NCBI RefSeq assembly: GCF_001598795.1
Contig: NZ_BCZP01000012.1
Span: 120,001 to 152,000, forward strand
DNA: 32,000 bases
Reading direction: 5' to 3'
Origin: Delftia acidovorans NBRC 14950
GTDB lineage: Bacteria > Pseudomonadota > Gammaproteobacteria > Burkholderiales > Burkholderiaceae_C
Shown here: one piece after another, positions 29,419-32,000 of the stretch
How positions within the stretch are numbered: the first letter of the stretch is position 1
Layout: each line of letters begins with the position of its first letter
Notes under the pieces: generated by a model
What the model was told of the DNA's origin: nothing
The model's input: only the letters and a program-made list of their open reading frames with translations
The model's database searches: none
Made by a program: the position numbers and the translations under genes

Positions 29419-30861
29419 ATGCCATCCGCTTTACAAACAAGAAATATGGGCACTGCACAATCGTGCGATGCCCCCAACGACTTCGCTGCTCCCATGATTT
29501 CTGACGTGCCCTTTTCGCCGAGCCCGCGCCTTGCGGCGCCTTCCGATTCCCAGCCCGGCGCAGGGCACGTACAAGCTTTCGCCTCGCCGGCCGGCGGCCG
29601 GCGCATCGGCACCGCCGTGCTGTGCGCACTGGCGCTGGCCGCAAGCCTTGCGGCCTGCTCCAAGAAGGATGCCGCACCTGCCGCCACGGCCAAGGCCGCG
29701 ACCGAGGTGGGCGTGGTCACGCTGCAAAAGCAAAGCCAGCAGCTGGACGCCACGCTGCCGGGCCGCACGCGCGCCTCGCTGACCGCCGAAGTGCGGCCCC
29801 AGGTATCGGGCATCGTGCAAAAGCGTTTGTTCACCGAGGGCGCCCTGGTGCGCCAGGGCCAGCAGCTCTACCAGATCGACGCGGCCTCGCTGCGCGCCAC
29901 CGAGGCCAGCGCCCAGGCGGCGCTGGCCAAGTCCGAGGCCAGCGCCCGCACGCTGGAGGCCACGGCGCGGCGCAACGCCGAGCTGGTCAAGATCGATGCC
30001 ATCAGCCAGCAGGCCTTTGAAGAAAGCCAGGCCGCTGCCGCCCAGTCGCGCTCTGACGTGGCTGTGGCCAAGGCCAATCTGGAGACCGCGCGCATCAACC
30101 TCAAGTACAGCCGCATCGAGGCGCCCATCAGCGGGCGCATCAGCCTGTCCACCGTGACGCCGGGCGCGCTGGTGACGGCCAACCAGACCGAGGCGCTGAC
30201 CTCCATCGTGCAGCTGGACCCCATGTATGTGGACTTCACCCAGTCCACCAGCGAGCTGCTGCAGCTCAAGCGCGACTGGGATGCCGGGCGCTTCCAGAAG
30301 GTGGAGGGCGACAAGGTGGCCGTGCGCATCCGCCTGGACGATGGCACGGACTACAGCCACCAGGGCAAGCTGCAGTTTGCCGGCGTGATCGTCAATGCCA
30401 CCACGGGCAGCGTGACGCTGCGCGCCGTGGTGCCCAACCCGCAGGGCGTTCTCATGCCGGGCATGTATGTGCAGGCGCTGCTGCCCACGGGCCTGGCGCC
30501 CGAGGCGCTGCTGGTGCCCCAGCAGTCGGTGACGCGCGACCTGACCGGCAAGGCCAGCGTGCTGGTGGCCAAGGCCGACGACGTGATCGAGCGCCGGCCC
30601 GTGAACATCGACCGCGCCGTGGGCAATATGTGGCTGCTGCAGGACGGCCTGTCGGCCGGCGAACGCGTGGTGGTCGATGGCTTCCAGCGCATCAAGCCCG
30701 GCGACAAGGTGCGCGCCGTGGAGGTGGACCTGCGCGCCAAGGCCCAGGCCCGCAAGGGCAAGCCGGCCGACGGGCCGGCAGCACCTGGCGCTGCGGACAA
30801 GGCGCCTGCTCCAGCCCCAGCTCCTGCACCGGCAGCGGCTCCTGCCCCGGCCGCCGGCTAA
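29419..30861 (+). CDS. RND efflux periplasmic adaptor (membrane fusion protein, AcrA/MexA family), lipoprotein
   Basis: Lipobox LAASLAAC, then LPGRT.A...AEVRPQVSGIV, QLYQID, coiled-coil segments and ARINL.YSRI.APISGRI. The start is uncertain: the ATG at 29419 has AGGAGA 10 nt upstream, and the alternatives are 29446 and 29494. Confidence 0.85.
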   Translation: MPSALQTRNMGTAQSCDAPNDFAAPMISDVPFSPSPRLAAPSDSQPGAGHVQAFASPAGGRRIGTAVLCALALAASLAACSKKDAAPAATAKAATEVGVVTLQKQSQQLDATLPGRTRASLTAEVRPQVSGIVQKRLFTEGALVRQGQQLYQIDAASLRATEASAQAALAKSEASARTLEATARRNAELVKIDAISQQAFEESQAAAAQSRSDVAVAKANLETARINLKYSRIEAPISGRISLSTVTPGALVTANQTEALTSIVQLDPMYVDFTQSTSELLQLKRDWDAGRFQKVEGDKVAVRIRLDDGTDYSHQGKLQFAGVIVNATTGSVTLRAVVPNPQGVLMPGMYVQALLPTGLAPEALLVPQQSVTRDLTGKASVLVAKADDVIERRPVNIDRAVGNMWLLQDGLSAGERVVVDGFQRIKPGDKVRAVEVDLRAKAQARKGKPADGPAAPGAADKAPAPAPAPAPAAAPAPAAG

Positions 30862-30879
30862 GCCGCAGGAACCCGTCAC

Positions 30880-32000
30880 ATGGCTCAGTTCTTCATCAAC
30901 CGGCCCATCTTCGCGTGGGTCATCGCCATCGTCATCATGCTGGGCGGCGCGCTGTCCATCTTCACGCTGCCGCTGGAGCAATACCCCGACATCGCGCCGC
31001 CGCGCGTGACCATCGGCGCGCAGTACACGGGCGCCTCTGCCGAGACGGTCGAGAACTCGGTGACCCAGATCATCGAGCAGCAGCTCAAGGGCATCGACAA
31101 CATGCTCTACATGAGCTCCACGTCCGACGCCTCGGGCCGTGCGCGCACCACGCTGACCTTTGCGCCGGGCACCAACATCGACGTGGCCCAGGTGCAGGTG
31201 CAAAACAAGCTGCAGTCCGCCGTGAACCGTCTGCCCGACGCCGTCAAGAGCCGGGGCGTGTTCGTGAACAAGGGCGGCCAGGACTTCCTGGTCACCTACA
31301 GCTTCTTCTCCAAGGACCCGGCCATGACCGCGGTCGATATCGGCGACTACCTGACCAGCAACCTGGTCGATGTGATCGGCCGCCTCGACGGCGTGGGCGA
31401 TGTCAACGTCTTCGGTACCAACTATGCGATGCGCATCTGGATGGACCCGGCCAAGATGGAGAAGTACGCGCTGATGCCGTCGGACCTGGTCAGTGCGCTG
31501 AACTCGCAGAACGCCCAGGTCTCGGCCGGCCAGCTGGGCGCGCTGCCCGCCGTGGCGGACCAGCAACTGAACGCCACCATCACGGCGCGCACCAAGCTCA
31601 AGACGGTGGAGCAGTTCGAGGACATCGTCCTGAAGTCGTCCGTGGACGGCTCGGTGGTGCTCATGAAGGACGTGGCCCGTGTGGAGCTGGGCGCCGACAA
31701 CCTGACCATCAAGGCCAAGCTCAACGGCCTGCCGGGCGCGGGCATGGGCATCGTGCTGGCCGATGGCGCCAACGCCATGAACGTGGCCGACACCATCGCC
31801 GCCAAGCTGGCCGAGCTCAAGCCGTTCTTCCCCAACGAGATCGACTACTTCGTCAGCTCGGACTCCACGCCCTTCGTGCGCGCCTCCATCAAGGAAGTGG
31901 TCAGCGCGCTGGGCGAGGCCATGATCCTCGTGGTCATCGTGATGTTCATCTTCCTGCAGAACTTCCGCGCCACGATGATCCCCGCCATCGCCGTGCCCGT
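30880..32000 (+). CDS. RND multidrug efflux pump inner-membrane subunit (AcrB/MexB family), 5' partial; continues beyond the window
   Basis: My own translation from the ATG at 30880 gives MAQFFINRPIFAWVIAIVIMLGGALSIFTLPLEQYPDIAPPRVTIGAQYTGASAETVENSVTQIIEQ..., the canonical HAE1 N-terminus. The frame stays open to the window end, which is why it is absent from the ORF track. Confidence 0.9.
   Translation, partial: MAQFFINRPIFAWVIAIVIMLGGALSIFTLPLEQYPDIAPPRVTIGAQYTGASAETVENSVTQIIEQQLKGIDNMLYMSSTSDASGRARTTLTFAPGTNIDVAQVQVQNKLQSAVNRLPDAVKSRGVFVNKGGQDFLVTYSFFSKDPAMTAVDIGDYLTSNLVDVIGRLDGVGDVNVFGTNYAMRIWMDPAKMEKYALMPSDLVSALNSQNAQVSAGQLGALPAVADQQLNATITARTKLKTVEQFEDIVLKSSVDGSVVLMKDVARVELGADNLTIKAKLNGLPGAGMGIVLADGANAMNVADTIAAKLAELKPFFPNEIDYFVSSDSTPFVRASIKEVVSALGEAMILVVIVMFIFLQNFRATMIPAIAVP

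Noticed and set aside
29336-29677. A 113-aa minus-strand ORF overlapping the RND adaptor 5' end and the large palindrome.
   Set aside because: It is antisense to the adaptor gene, Arg/Ala/Pro-rich, has no RBS and no recognisable domain.

Overview
Very GC-rich bacterial chromosomal DNA. Gene content and the close resemblance of one enzyme to the Comamonas testosteroni quinohaemoprotein ethanol dehydrogenase suggest a Comamonadaceae-like betaproteobacterium; this is inference only. The window is densely coding: I support 26 CDS from motif-level reading of the supplied translations. In order: (1) a phnD-phnC-phnE-type ABC importer on the minus strand; (2) an lldP-lldR-lldD-dld lactate utilisation operon preceded by two FadR/GntR-type palindromic operators; (3) a minus-strand alcohol oxidation cluster with a TonB-dependent receptor, a type II quinohaemoprotein PQQ alcohol dehydrogenase, an outer-membrane channel and an aldehyde dehydrogenase, plus a divergent AcoR-like regulator that lacks the sigma-54 AAA+ module; (4) a LysR regulator divergent from an enolase paralog; (5) a SAM methyltransferase, a small acidic orphan ORF and ogt, which share an AT-rich promoter with tandem SOS-like boxes; (6) an SDR / PaaI thioesterase / enone reductase / SDR block; (7) a secreted DUF1566-like protein; (8) four consecutive efflux genes (two MFS, an RND adaptor and a partial RND pump). 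I saw no tRNA, rRNA, CRISPR array, transposase or integrase. The most interesting candidate system is the receptor, which I recall as YncD/PqqU-like (a PQQ importer), linked to the PQQ-dependent dehydrogenase with no pqq genes in view. The many long ORFs antisense to these genes look like high-GC artefacts. All homology statements come from memory and motif reading, not searches.
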